From positions 24,022,429 through 24,055,121 of the forward strand of contig NC_068998.1 in assembly GCF_001194135.2 (NCBI RefSeq): 32,693 nt of DNA, written 5' to 3'. The position numbers and the translations under genes are program-made. Origin of the DNA: Octopus bimaculoides. Its lineage: Eukaryota. Below the pieces are notes generated by a model. That model was not told the DNA's origin. It was given only the letters and a program-made list of their open reading frames with translations, and did not search any database. Below are positions 11,395-23,233 of the stretch, in pieces; position 1 is the first letter of the stretch, and every line of letters starts with the position of its first letter.

Positions 11395-12270
11395 AGAATT
11401 ACTATGAATAAAGATACGTTATTTTTTTCTTATTCATGCTTTTCTTCTGTGTCCTGTGAAGCATTTGTTTAGCAGACATCAGCACACAAATAGCGTGCTT
11501 GCTATAAATAAGTGCACTTGTTCTTTTTAGTTTCATCGGTTCAGTGGGTTAGCGTTTTCAAAGTTACTCTCATGGGTCTTACAAAATATTAAGGAGGACA
11601 GCAACGATAAGTTAATTAGGATGAATAAAGCAGCACCACGTTGACGTGCTTGCCCGGTAACACTGCAAACAGTAAAACATAGTAGAATACGTACATCTAT
11701 CGCCGAAGTATTTGCAGCTTTGCTTTTTCGTGTGTGTATCACCTTTTGTTAAACGGGTCGTGAGTCAGTCAAAACTAACTGCTACACATATTTTGTATTT
11801 CATTTTATTGTGTGCGCTTGCCACTGTGTATGTATTTGTGTATATGTGTGTATGTATATGTGTATATGTGTCTATGTATATACATAATTCAGCAATAAAT
11901 ATTAATGAAATTCAGCAAAAATGACACCAGCCAGACATTATATCAGTCTTCACAGACAAATATTATGTAAATATTTTGTGATGACAGTCCTAGTTGAATA
12001 AGAATAAATGTATCTAAAAAAGGAAATTATGGAAACTGTGTATTTCATGATTATCCTCTGCATTACTATCTGCTTTATATTTTCATATTTGAATGGATGT
12101 GTGGCTAAAAAAAAATTCGATTCGCAAGGTCGTTGTCCTAGATTCGATAAATTTGCGCAGGTGAGCAAAGTTTTATGATATTTATTCGAGAGGATGAATA
12201 CATTCTGAAAGAAAATTGGTTGGTGTAAACTATGTGGAAGCTCGTCGAGCACATGCTCCCACCCTCTCAC

Positions 12271-12271
<1 letters not shown>

Positions 12272-12356
<85 letters not shown>

Positions 12357-12452
12357 GTATAGAGAGAGAGAGAGAGAGAGAGAGTGAGATAGAGAGGGGG
12401 AGAGAGAGGGAGACGGAGAGAGAGAGAGGGAGACGGAGAGAGAGAGAGAGAT
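12272..12452. repeat. (TA)n followed by (GA)n with duplicated GAGAGAGAGGGAGACG
   Basis: Direct reading. Confidence 0.95.
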
Positions 12453-13043
12453 TAGAAACGTGCCCGAGAAAGGAAATTATAAGAATTTAAAACAATTTTT
12501 ATGTTGTTGATGTGCGGAGCAATCTACATGGGCGTCTCCTAACGGACCGTTTCGCATACCCTATATTTTTCCCCAATGGATATCATACCGTATTGATCGA
12601 TAATATAAAAGAGTCATAAATTAAGTTATTGTCATAGTCTATAGTATAATTTGTATGCTTGTGCTTTTAATGGATTGTTTTTAATTAAAAAGTATATTCT
12701 TATGAGCAACACAACGTAAATCAGGAAGACTGAAATAAATCGAAATAATTCGAAAGATTTACTGTGAGACGAATTAAATATAATTTCAAATACTTTAATA
12801 TAACACCTGAATATTTTTCTGATATTGGGGAAGGAAATTGAATTTGTTTTCGTTAAAGTGCATTCTCTATCTGCGAAACGCTTTTTCAGGAGATTCGCCC
12901 ATGTTTTCCACACAACAAAATCGTAAAAGGATTTGCTCATATTTTTATAATTTTCTCTCATAGCTAACTAGGTTTTCTATGTAATTTATTTTACCCCGAA
13001 GGATATCTGTTTAGATATAAATATTTCTGTATCGCTTTCTGTA

Positions 13044-13082
13044 TATGTATGTTTGTGTGTGTGTGTGTGTGTGTGTTTGTGT
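13044..13082. repeat. (TG)n microsatellite
   Basis: Direct reading. Confidence 0.9.
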
Positions 13083-14444
13083 AAGCAAATGTGTGGGTCT
13101 GCATGCAGCGATGAAAACCAAATAGCTGGCGCTTTTCAAACGAAGACGCTTGCTATACACGCTTAAATACTATAGTATCCAATTATATTCAAAAGTATGC
13201 ATGAATGAATCTATTGCAATATGGTGATAACGATTTTTGTTTCAATTTAGATTAGTACTCACACAAATTGTGAGTAACATTGAAAACTTACTGCAGATTT
13301 TCTATTGTAACAATGTAAAAGATATATATCACAGTTTCCCTAAATTGTAAAAACAACTATCTAACAAAGCTTGTACGTGATCGTTCAACTGCTAGAACTT
13401 GTAACCAAATCACCTCCAATTACACCTGCCCGTCTTAATAAAAATGGAAGCTTGTATTAAGTAATATGTTTCCAAAGCTCTCCTCTTGAAAATAAGGTGT
13501 CACAAGATTTTTGTTACTGAAATGCATCTGTACATAAGTTTATGTAATTAAGGATAACCTGAAATTAAATAACAAGATGTTTTAGTGAACTGCCTACGTT
13601 TTCATCAATAAATTACATGTGTTAACATTAAAGATGCACGATTTGGTAAATCTGTATGAAATAATTCGGTTTAGAAAACATAATGCACAAGTGAAAAGAG
13701 AAAGCTACAAGTATTTGTGCAGAAGTTAATCTCGGTTATGAATATGAACTTTCGGAGATCATTAAATAATACCATGGATACAAGAATGGCTCATTGTACA
13801 TCTTTATCAACATAACTTAACATTCATCTATGGAATCAAGATGAATATTTTATTTAGTTTACCTGCGTGTGAGTAAAGTGATGTAAATATAGTTTAAGCC
13901 TTCCTAGACAAGACAATAGGTTCTCATTCCATAACATTTGTGCCTTCAACTGAGTTATCACTTCATAATCAAAACGTAGTTCTATTTCCTAATAAATTTA
14001 ATTACAGGCTTGCCTGAACGTGCATATTTAAGTTGCACGAGATCGCATGCAAATCTTTCTCAGTTTCAGGATACACTCAAAAAAATCGGGACGGACACAG
14101 TGGATAATATAACCCTACATGTATAAAAAGTTAGAGGAATCACGCCTTGAGTATACAACCATAATATCCGTCAAAGAGTATTCTAACCTGGGATTAAATA
14201 ATAAAGAGTAATAACAAGTATAACATCGATACATTATTAGGAATCGAAGGAACCTCTGAGTGGGCACTCATATTAGGAGATAGAACAGCCAAATGTTCCT
14301 AAAATAGCATCGTCGTTTCTTAGTAAATGAAGGACTTAGGCTATTACAGATAGAATTTATGTTATTGCATATCTGCACTATGAGAGCTGCACCAGGACAT
14401 ACTACTACTGTAGTGCTGCCGGAGTTCCTCCGCCACTTCCTAAT

Positions 14445-14461
14445 CATCCTCCTCCTCCACT

Positions 14462-14530
<69 letters not shown>
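14445..14530. repeat. (CCT)n and (CTA)~22 microsatellite
   Basis: Direct reading. Confidence 0.95.
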
Positions 14531-14983
14531 ACAAATAAATTCTTATAGATGAGAAATTGTGTACTAACTGGGCCAATATCCTGTTCATTATTTCAGTATG
14601 ATGTGTGTAAAAGAAAAAAGTTCTTTTCATCTCTGATCGCTCTATTTCACTTGTGTGTCACACACGTGTCTTACTCTGTTGAACCATCTGTGATGACCCA
14701 TCAGATTCTATTTATGGAAAATCCTGAAGGGGGCTTATTTCAAACTTCAGCATAATAAAAAATATTAATGCACAAACTAGTAAATACTGCCAACTTCCAA
14801 ATATACCACCGTCGAAAAAATTAGCAGAATCAATGTATTGTACCAGCCTGATACTTAGGCGTCCTCAACAGTTAAAACTGCCTTTTAAAGTAATCAGAAG
14901 TATAAAAGAAACCTCTGCTGAAACATTCAAAAAATCATTGGATAAACTTCTAACGACGATACAAGAATAACCAATCATTCAAT

Positions 14984-14985
14984 AA

Positions 14986-15020
<35 letters not shown>

Positions 15021-15133
15021 CATACATACATGCATATATACATACATACATACATAGACGGACAGACAGGCAGGCAGTCTGGCAGGCATGCAGATAAGTA
15101 AGTTCGTAAATAGACAGACAGACAGACAGATAT

Positions 15134-15200
<67 letters not shown>
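14984..15200. repeat. (GATA)n/(CATA)n/(GACA)n/(GATA)n compound tetranucleotide repeat
   Basis: Direct reading. Confidence 0.95.
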
Positions 15201-15290
15201 CGAAGGACAGCTGAAAAGTTCATAATCTCACCAAGATACTTTCAAGGAATATGATCAAATAAGGTCTATTATTCAGTGCTGTTTGCGGTC
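15199..15290. mobile_element. Mariner-type terminal inverted repeat remnant
   Basis: TACGAAGGACAGCTGAAAAGTTCATA shares CTGAAAAGTTCATA with the mariner terminus at 23272. Confidence 0.5.
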
Positions 15291-15572
15291 CAGTAAACCT
15301 TAAGACATCTACCGCAATGTAGAGTGAAGATGTCTAATACAAATAGATCAAATAATGGTGTTAATGACGGTGGAACCAAAGGTGAAAGCCTTTCATCCGG
15401 CAGGTGCCCTGTGTTTGAGCATCGCAGGCCCAGTTCGCATCCAAAGACTGCTTGTACACAAAGCCAGATAAGATAGGTGAAAAGAGCGAATAGCATGGTA
15501 CCGTAGGCTGCATGTATAAGCCCACTACGCATGCAAGACTCCAGGAGTTCCAACAAAGCCTGTGATAAAAAG

Positions 15573-15631
<59 letters not shown>
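15573..15631. repeat. (TAA)n microsatellite
   Basis: Direct reading. Confidence 0.95.
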
Positions 15632-15774
15632 CTAAGTACGAAGGCTTATAATTTGCGGAAAGAGATCCTGTGAGACTTCTGAGAACAGTACTGTCCACTC
15701 TCACAGAATCAACCAGAGCAAATAAGATCGAGAGCTCTGGGTTGTAAAATGTAATAATAATTATTATTGCTATC

Positions 15775-16081
15775 ATTGAGCGAGAGAGGAATGCATGCCA
15801 TCAAAAGTGACACTGGAGTAAAACATACCAAACCCAGTATACTCATCCTGACTACTCATCTGTTAAGGGTTCACTAGGCACATACTTCACAACCATAGTA
15901 ACACGACATGTTGATTTCATATCAAGGTAAACAGCACATGACATTGCAGGTGGGGCCTAGTTAGAATTTTCTTGAGATCGAATAGCCCATACCGCTCAAA
16001 AGGTCCCTGGATAAGAGTTGTTTCAGGATGTTGAACGAAACACCAATGTTTCCAGAGGTGAATGTTTCAATCCCCAAAGAA
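15775..16081. repeat. Probable interspersed repeat of unclear class
   Basis: Complex, relatively GC-richer island bounded by ATT microsatellites on both sides. The class rests on recall only and there is no second copy in the window. Confidence 0.35.
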
Positions 16082-16102
16082 TTATTATTATTGTTATTAT
16101 TA

Positions 16103-16189
<87 letters not shown>

Positions 16190-16368
16190 TATGGAGGAGG
16201 AGAATTGGTTTGGAGGAGGAGGGTATTGAGAGGAGGAGGGTGAAAAGGAGGAGGGGGAGCTGGTGGTGGTGGAGAAGAAGAAGAAGAAGAAGAAGAAGAA
16301 GAAGAAGAAGAAGAAGAAGAAGAAGAAGAAGAAGAAGAAGAAGAAGAAGAAGAAGAAGAAGAAGAAAA
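16081..16368. repeat. Compound trinucleotide array (ATT)n-(AGT)n-(GGA/TGG)-(AGA)~31
   Basis: Direct reading; explains ORFs 16018..16389, 16023..16430 and 16028..16243. Confidence 0.95.
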
Positions 16369-16399
16369 CTTAGTGAGATCAATAAATAATTACAAGAAC

Positions 16400-18245
16400 T
16401 AACAGATCTTAATCTTATGATTACCAACAACTGATCATAAAATCAGGAAATGATATTTTCGTAGCTAACCAGAACCTAATTACCACAGTTGAAGTAAAAG
16501 CAAATAGAATCATGCAAGAGTGTAATTGCAAACAGCCTTAATGACTATCAACTAGAGACCCTTGACAAATTGAAATAGAAACGGAAGGAGTGAGATGCCT
16601 TAGAATCAATTAAGTTGGGGACAGTGGGTCGAATGAAGTTTAAAAGAAATAATGTGAAAAGTGAACAGCGTGATTGATACAAATTATCTGTGAAAACATT
16701 GAAGTCACTAACACACTACTATGGAGTGTTAATGCAGATGCAAAAACGGTTAGAGAAAATGAAAGGACTAAAGAAAGATCAGCAGATTATCGTGGTGGAA
16801 AAGACTGATGTCAATAAATATTAGCAAGCATAGGAAAGATATAAGTGATCATGTGCAGTTGAATCTGGGAATTTTTAAGAAAGAAAGAGAGAAAATTAGA
16901 TTAGGGGAATGTATCAGGTAAAGAGTATAGGATCTGGGACAATATTCGAAGAGCTAAAGCAGAAAGTAAAAGACAAGCTACTAAAATTAGAAAATATATA
17001 GGAAAAAATCTAATGTAAGCATAATCGTTTTTTTAATTTATTTTTTCTTTAAAATCAATCCACTTGTTTGGTATTGTAAGAAACGAGAGAAATAACTTGA
17101 AATTGAACTCTAAAGAAAGTATGCTATTTTGGGTGAAATTTGAGGAAAATACTTGATACATTTATAAAACATGATGGGTAAAGCAAATAGAAATAAATTG
17201 TGCTGAAAATGTTGAGATGCAGATTCATCCCGAAAGCAAATTCGAAAGTAACTGAATAATGTAAGAAACTAGAAAACTGCTTCACTAGACATTGACCGCA
17301 GTTAGTGGTTGAAAGATTTTACACATCTTGAAACCGTAATTACACAGCTAAATAAATTTATGTCACAGGGAGACTGTACCTTTCTTATTAAGAAAATGAG
17401 CAACTTACCTGGTATTAAAACAGATCAAAAAGAATCATTGCTTTCTATTTCCGATCAATTATATGACAGCTACTTATAAGCCAACCCTGAACATATTAAT
17501 TACAGAGAGGTGTGCCGATATTTCTATCGGAAGCATCTGATCCCTGATAACCAGAAAGGCTATTGGAAAAAAGAACAAGAAAATGATTGAGCAAATAATG
17601 ATCGATCTGATGGGCTTGAAGAATTGTAGATAAAGAATGACAATTTCATGCATCTAGTGGACCAACTATAGTGAGGTATATGATCAAGTCCTAATGTCGG
17701 AGATCAAGCGTCGTCTAGAACTGTTCAAAATCTCAAAGAAGGTTAGATGACAATTGGAAATTTCCACTCTGGCGTTAATATCTGGAGGAGAAAGATTACC
17801 AGACGCACAGATTAGAAGAATTGTTCAAATTTGTTGCGTCAATCCTATTATATTTGCAATAGCACTGATCTCTTTCTCGATCATACTAAAAAACCTAAAA
17901 GGATATCCAGCAGAAAATGATAGGGTTATTATGAATGGGTTTCTTATTATATAACAAAATAAATTGGATTCTGTCGTGCAAACCTGAGGATCATTTCGTA
18001 ATGACGTTTGTGTAAGAAGTGGATTCAAGAAATGAGGTATGGTAGAGAGGAAAGGAAAGAAAATCATAAAAACAACTTGAATGGGTAAGAATATAAAATC
18101 ATTAATTTTCGACGAAACGAAAATAAATATCTGAGAATCACAAGAAAGATGAAATGAAATGAAAAACTAAAAGTACAGAAATTAAGGAAACTATCAGTAA
18201 AGAATATTTTCGTTGAATGAAGATATTCAAATTCAAATTATAATG
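16400..18245 (+). mobile_element. Old, decayed R4/Dong-clade LINE (pre-RT region and reverse transcriptase)
   Basis: Broken translation LIPDNQKG..EQIMID...KNCR, ELFKISK, LISGGERL...IRR......NPIIFAIALISFSIILK, QNKLDSVVQT..F.NDVC...GFKK follows RT subdomain order. The catalytic YxDD segment is absent. The 5' boundary is approximate. Confidence 0.7.
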
Positions 18246-18246
18246 C

Positions 18247-18370
18247 TTCTCGAATCCTCTTTTCGTTCCAAAGTCCTTATGAAATATTCTTAAGCTTTGC
18301 TCGAAAGAATCCAATTTATTTTGTCATATAATGATAAACCTATTGCTAATAACCCTATAATTTTCTTCTG
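18247..18370 (-). repeat. Inverted copy of 17908-18031
   Basis: Manual ungapped alignment: 98/124 identical (79%), including the 19-bp exact block ACAAAATAAATTGGATTCT. Confidence 0.9.
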
Positions 18371-18799
18371 AATATAATGTAGGGAATACCATACGAGTCT
18401 GGATGACATTGTCCTTAATAAGATATTGAGTGGAATCTATTGAGTAACTGAAATATATCGACTTAGAAAAGAGGAAGTAGCACATATCGCAATGTAGTAG
18501 GTACACTCAGTCAAATGTGGACTGCTTTTACAGGAAAATAGGAGGAAAACACACATGTACTTGAAGATTGAATTGGTTTACATTTCACAGTGTCTTACAC
18601 CATAGAACAAATTTGCATATTAATACTACTAATATCAATGCTGAGGTTATTGTATAATTATTACGAATTTCAGCAATTATTTATAACGTTGTATTAAAAA
18701 ATATATTGCAGTACTAAAATAAACAAAACTGCTTTGCTAAATTATACAAATATTCACACTCCTGTGTCCTATTTTCATACTGGATTTCTCTCTTCTCAC

Positions 18800-18895
18800 A
18801 CTCTCGCATTTACTCTCTATCTCTCTCTCTCTCACTCTTTTTCTCTCTCTCTATCTATCTATCTATCTATCTCTCCTTCTCTCTCCCTCTCACTA
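18800..18895. repeat. (CT)n/(CTAT)n tract
   Basis: Direct reading. Confidence 0.9.
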
Positions 18896-19053
18896 TGTTT
18901 CTTTCCTATATAATAACTACAAGAGTTACACACTACATATATTATGCATTTGTTTTTGCATTTAATCATTGGGAATTAAGCGAGATAAATTCAGTCTTTA
19001 TATCAAATTTTAGATTGATGTTACTTTGTAGTTGTTAATTTGTCTCATTTTAG

Positions 19054-19162
19054 TCGCAACAATTTTAGCTGTTTTTTGTTATAAATATATCGGTTCTGAC
19101 ACCCCAGAAATACCCTCGAATGCATCACAACTCTCACCAGTATCCAGAGAATACTCCACTTG
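19054..19162 (+). other. Candidate 109-bp exon of unknown gene
   Basis: Acceptor TTGTCTCATTTTAG and donor TTG|GTGAGT; open frame ATILAVFCYKYIGSDTPEIPSNASQLSPVSREYST. No family recognised. Confidence 0.25.
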
Positions 19163-20049
19163 GTGAGTCTCTAAAATGGTTTATATAATTTTAATATTAA
19201 TTTGCTTCTGGTTTTGCTGTTTCTGTACAAAATTGGGGAACATATTTAAATAACTAATATTTTGAATTTGATAAACGTTATGGATCGAAAAATAGTTACA
19301 GCATAGAAAACTTTTTTACTATGTAAAACGTTACAGATCACGTAAGTGGTAGACTGACTATTTGTTTTTCAAATGTTAAATGTGTAAATTCAACTATTTG
19401 ATGCGTGTGGTATAATATATATGGGTACAGGTGTACGTTACGTGGGACTAAAGACCAGATTTAAGAAAAAAGGTTTAAGTATACCCTTCCTTTCTCTTCA
19501 TCTCTCCTTTGTATTTATTAATTCTTACATCTTATTTTATCATTCTGGCACACTTTTCTATAAATTCTTTCACTCTATTTTTTTCTACTGTTTCATGTCA
19601 AGTCTGTAAAATAAGTATTAGAGACCTTCAAGGAACACTATTTCATAATAACTGTATCCTTCCCGCTCTTATAAGCTAGCTAGGGATGTTTGTTGTTACC
19701 GTTATTTACTCCAGCTTCATCTCGGATAGAAATAACATACTATTAAATAGTATTTATTTCAGCTACATTATATCGTACTTTGTCAGACTCAGTGTCTCTT
19801 GAGATACATTATCCAATGGGACTGTCTTTTTCCGAAGATGGTAACATGATTTGAAGAAGACTAAACTATTATTTATAGCTAATCAAACAACTATGCGGAC
19901 GCCCTCATTGAGCCCAATCACCATGTTAGCTTCCAGTGACAAGTAAGTATTATATATTTAGCAGCTGTATGCTCGCGAAGAAGAATGATAGTAAAAGGAT
20001 GGCTGTAGGCAGTTGAGGTCGTTGTATTTACTATTTCTACTGGCTTATG

Positions 20050-20200
20050 AGGAGAAAGATAGAGAGGGAGATAGAGAGCGAGCGAAAGAGAGAGAGAGAG
20101 AGAGAGCGAGTGGAAGAGAGAGAGCGAGTGGAAGAGAGAGAGCGAGTGGAAGAGAGAGAGCGAGTGGAAGAGAGAGAGCGAGTGGAAGAGAGAGAGTGAG
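20050..20200. repeat. (GA)n tract with 18-bp unit GAGAGAGAGCGAGTGGAA x5 (20098-20187)
   Basis: Direct reading. Confidence 0.95.
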
Positions 20201-20415
20201 TTATGTATCCTAAATATTTACAGATCAATAAGTGCCAGAAACTTGAGCTTAAAAGAAATTGGAGTCAGCTGCACATATTTGCAGTATAGTTAGACTCATC
20301 TTGATTAGATATGAGCTGTTGATCTTAGAAGAGTAGGAAAGAACTGTAGCAGAGTTTCCAATGGTCATGGTCTGTTGTCCACCCGTGATGCAAATGCTTT
20401 GATTTAAATCTTTGT

Positions 20416-20473
20416 CCAAAATTGTATAATAAATGTGTGTGCGCGTGTGTGTGTGCGAGTACGTATGCATGTG

Positions 20474-20533
<60 letters not shown>

Positions 20534-20694
20534 TGCGTGTCTGTGTGTACGTACGTACATACATACACACATACCAGAGAGATCTGAAAAGTTCATAGGC
20601 TGACTATGAAGGCGTGAGGCTAAAGCTGTGAAACTTTGCATTAATCGATTTTAGTTCTTATCAATAACTTCATCGTTTCTTTCCCGGTAAATTG
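20416..20694 (+). repeat. Direct duplicate of 23088-23394 (TG microsatellite plus first ~120 bp of a mariner)
   Basis: Identical apart from 2 substitutions and a 28-nt TG-length difference. Confidence 0.95.
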
Positions 20695-20951
20695 CAGAAG
20701 TCATAGTTTTTGAAACTCCATCCAAGAACATCCGTTCAATGGGAAACAATGCCCATTCTGAACAGCTACAGATAAATACCTGTGAGATAACTTCACCAAA
20801 GAGGGAGTCGGTGTCAGATATATTTGCAAGAGAGTATATTGCTAGCTAGCTAGCTAGCTATCAGTGTATGTGTGTGCAATTGTAGCTGTCTGTCCGTTTG
20901 TATGTAAATATGTACGTATGCATGTATGTATGTATGTATGTATGTTGTAAG

Positions 20952-21818
20952 TACGAGTTGATATCAAAAGGTTCCCGTACTAGTTATGGTTAATGAAAAA
21001 TAATTTATTTACATATGTTTTAACATCATCTCCTTCGAAATAATCACTTTGCGCAGCGGTACACCGGTCCCAGCGTTCCTGCCACTTTTGTAACCGGCCT
21101 GGAAGTGGCTTTCCGTAAACGAGTCGAGGACCTTCCGCGATTCTCTCTGGATTTCGACAACGTTGTTAAAACGGCGACCTTTGAGCTGCCTTTTCATCTT
21201 GGAGAAGAGATGGAAGTCAACAGCTCCTAAATCTGACGAATAGAGTGGGTGCGAAAGCGATTACATGTTGTTTTTGGCAAGAAACTTAGAAATGAGGAGA
21301 GCTCGGTTAGAGGTGCATTGTCTCGCCGAATGTCCTCTCAAACGCTTCAAAACGTCTCAGTAGAACTCTTGATTGACGCTCTGGCCCTGGGAGACGAATT
21401 CTCGATGCACGTTTCCCTAGATGTCGGAAAGATCGACAAGCATGCTCATGATTAGACTGCGGCTCTGCCGTCCGCTTTTTAAGCACCCGTGTCACTCGAA
21501 ACATTGCATACAATCCATTACCTCGTCGCCGTAAGCTCACCGAAGCGTGCTCAAAGTCTCGGTAGTAGACTTTCCAATCTTAATGCAAAATTTCATGTTG
21601 GCTTTTGTACTTTATCTCCATGCCAAAATTCGCGGACTACAGCGTACAAGTGATCACAAAAATTAAATTTTCACAACTTCCAAAGTAAACACATCGATCT
21701 CACTCGGCACCCTGCCGCATGAAGGTCACTGCTAGCTCACCCTGCGCAAGCAACCGTCTTCTGCTCTCTGTTTGCGCGCTACAGAACTAGTCCAGCTACT
21801 TTTTGATACTACCTCGCA
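20952..21818 (-). mobile_element. Mariner internal-deletion derivative with both TIRs
   Basis: TIRs 20952-20985 and 21785-21818 (about 25/34 complementary). Minus-strand translation gives KFCIKIGKSTTET (HTH), VHREFVSQGQSVNQEFY, DNAP and YSSDLGAVDFHLFSKMKRQLKGRRF (YSPDLAP-type motif), with large gaps between them. Confidence 0.85.
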
Positions 21819-22140
21819 TTTTGCCTTTTGATTTTAATTATTTAGCTTATTCCTCCGGGGAAAGAGCTGATTTCTAACAAAAATGCAAAGCTCCATCGTT
21901 GGAATGTAAATAAGAAAAAGTGGGTCACATTTTAAACTTGAGAAGATCTTGCGTATTATCATTCTTTCTTAAGTTTGTATTTGTAATATGTAAATTAGTA
22001 GGCTGATTTCTTTTTCTGAAAACTTTAACTTATCCAGATTGTCACTTAGACATTCACTCACAAAGCTAAGTGCTCAACTATTATTGACATTGTATAATTC
22101 CTATAGACTTGAAGCAAACATGTGGTTTACACACGGTCAT

Positions 22141-22800
22141 TCAATTATTCGCCTCCGGTTGTGAAGATTTTCGCTCAGCACCCTGCGTTCTTATGAGTTT
22201 GATGTGAAGAGTGACCATAGAGTTTGTTAACATATTCATAAGATATAATTCGTTAGGTGTAAGCTCATTATTCGTCTTACACTTTATTATCGTGATTAAC
22301 CATCCAATATGGTGGTGCAGATGGTTGATATTTTCTTCAATTTTTTTTTTTTTTTTTAGGTTGATTCCGTTTGGTTGTTTCATTAACTTGTATACTGCAG
22401 ATTTCTCCTCGGTGTTCTTTAAAAGTTATAGCAGCTGCGTATATGAAGGTATTAACATTCCAGTAATTAACATAAAATGATTCCATCTGCTCCCCAGCGC
22501 CATCACCGATAACTTTCAATATTTGAGCCGTAGGATTTTTTCTTAATATTGTTAAGAAATGATTTGTCGCTTGTCGATATCTTCAAATAAGTACAAGTTT
22601 TGTGCGAACTGTAGTTTCAAGATGTTTCTAAGTTAAATATATTCTACAGCTGTCTCTGTTGGCTCAGTTACATTTGGAGAGACACGAGAATTTAATGATG
22701 ACGGCAGCGTTTGTTTACACTATTTTCGATTTGTGTTCTGGCAGAATTTGGCCACCTCTCAATGTTTTGAGATAATCGATTTACATTTCTGAAAGAAAGA
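22141..22800 (-). mobile_element. Probable R4/Dong-clade LINE N-terminal ORF fragment
   Basis: YWNVNTFIYAAAITFKEHRGE...QP and IEENINHLHHHIGWLITIIKCKTNN resemble, from recall, the pre-RT region of RLE-type LINEs. No RT motifs are present in this piece. Confidence 0.45.
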
Positions 22801-22865
22801 TGATTGTTGCCTAAGTTGTTTAGCAGTAGGACTGTTTAAGTTGGGGTGAGACTCATTCCAGTATT

Positions 22866-22945
22866 TTTGTATGTATGTATGTATGTATGTATGTATGTAT
22901 GTATGCATGCATTATGTATGTATAAATGTATATATGTATGCATAT
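22866..22945. repeat. (TATG)n microsatellite
   Basis: Direct reading. Confidence 0.9.
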
Positions 22946-22969
22946 ACAAACATGCTTCTAAATATAAAA

Positions 22970-23098
22970 CATCATGAAGATTTTTGAAACTGAAGTCCTT
23001 CTTGAGCGACACAACTTTCCATTCGAGTCAATGCAGAATTACAGATAGTATTTATAGAAATTTGATTTACTGTCGGATGACTTTTGGCCAAAATTGTA
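22970..23098. mobile_element. Tc1-like terminal remnant
   Basis: The reverse complement reads TA-CAATTTTGGCCAAAAGTCATCC, similar to the Tc1-type TIR start CAGT..TGGCCAAAA, and ends at a TA. Confidence 0.4.
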
Positions 23099-23145
23099 TA
23101 ATAAATGTGTGTGCGCGTGTGTGTGTGCGAGTACGTATGCATGTG

Positions 23146-23233
<88 letters not shown>

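Noticed and set aside
14340-14552. YLHYESCTRTYYYCSAAGVP followed by poly-Pro/Thr, resembling a chitin-binding peritrophin-A domain plus mucin stalk
   Set aside because: Only two cysteines. YYY and poly-Thr derive from TAC/CTA repeats, and there is no start codon or convincing splice context.
16018-16430. Poly-Arg, poly-Leu and poly-Val ORFs
   Set aside because: Compound trinucleotide microsatellite translations.
19078-19165. Cadherin-linker-like VINISVL..DTPE..PENTPLG
   Set aside because: Requires two frameshifts within 90 bp and no further cadherin repeat is present. A single open exon-like frame is more parsimonious.
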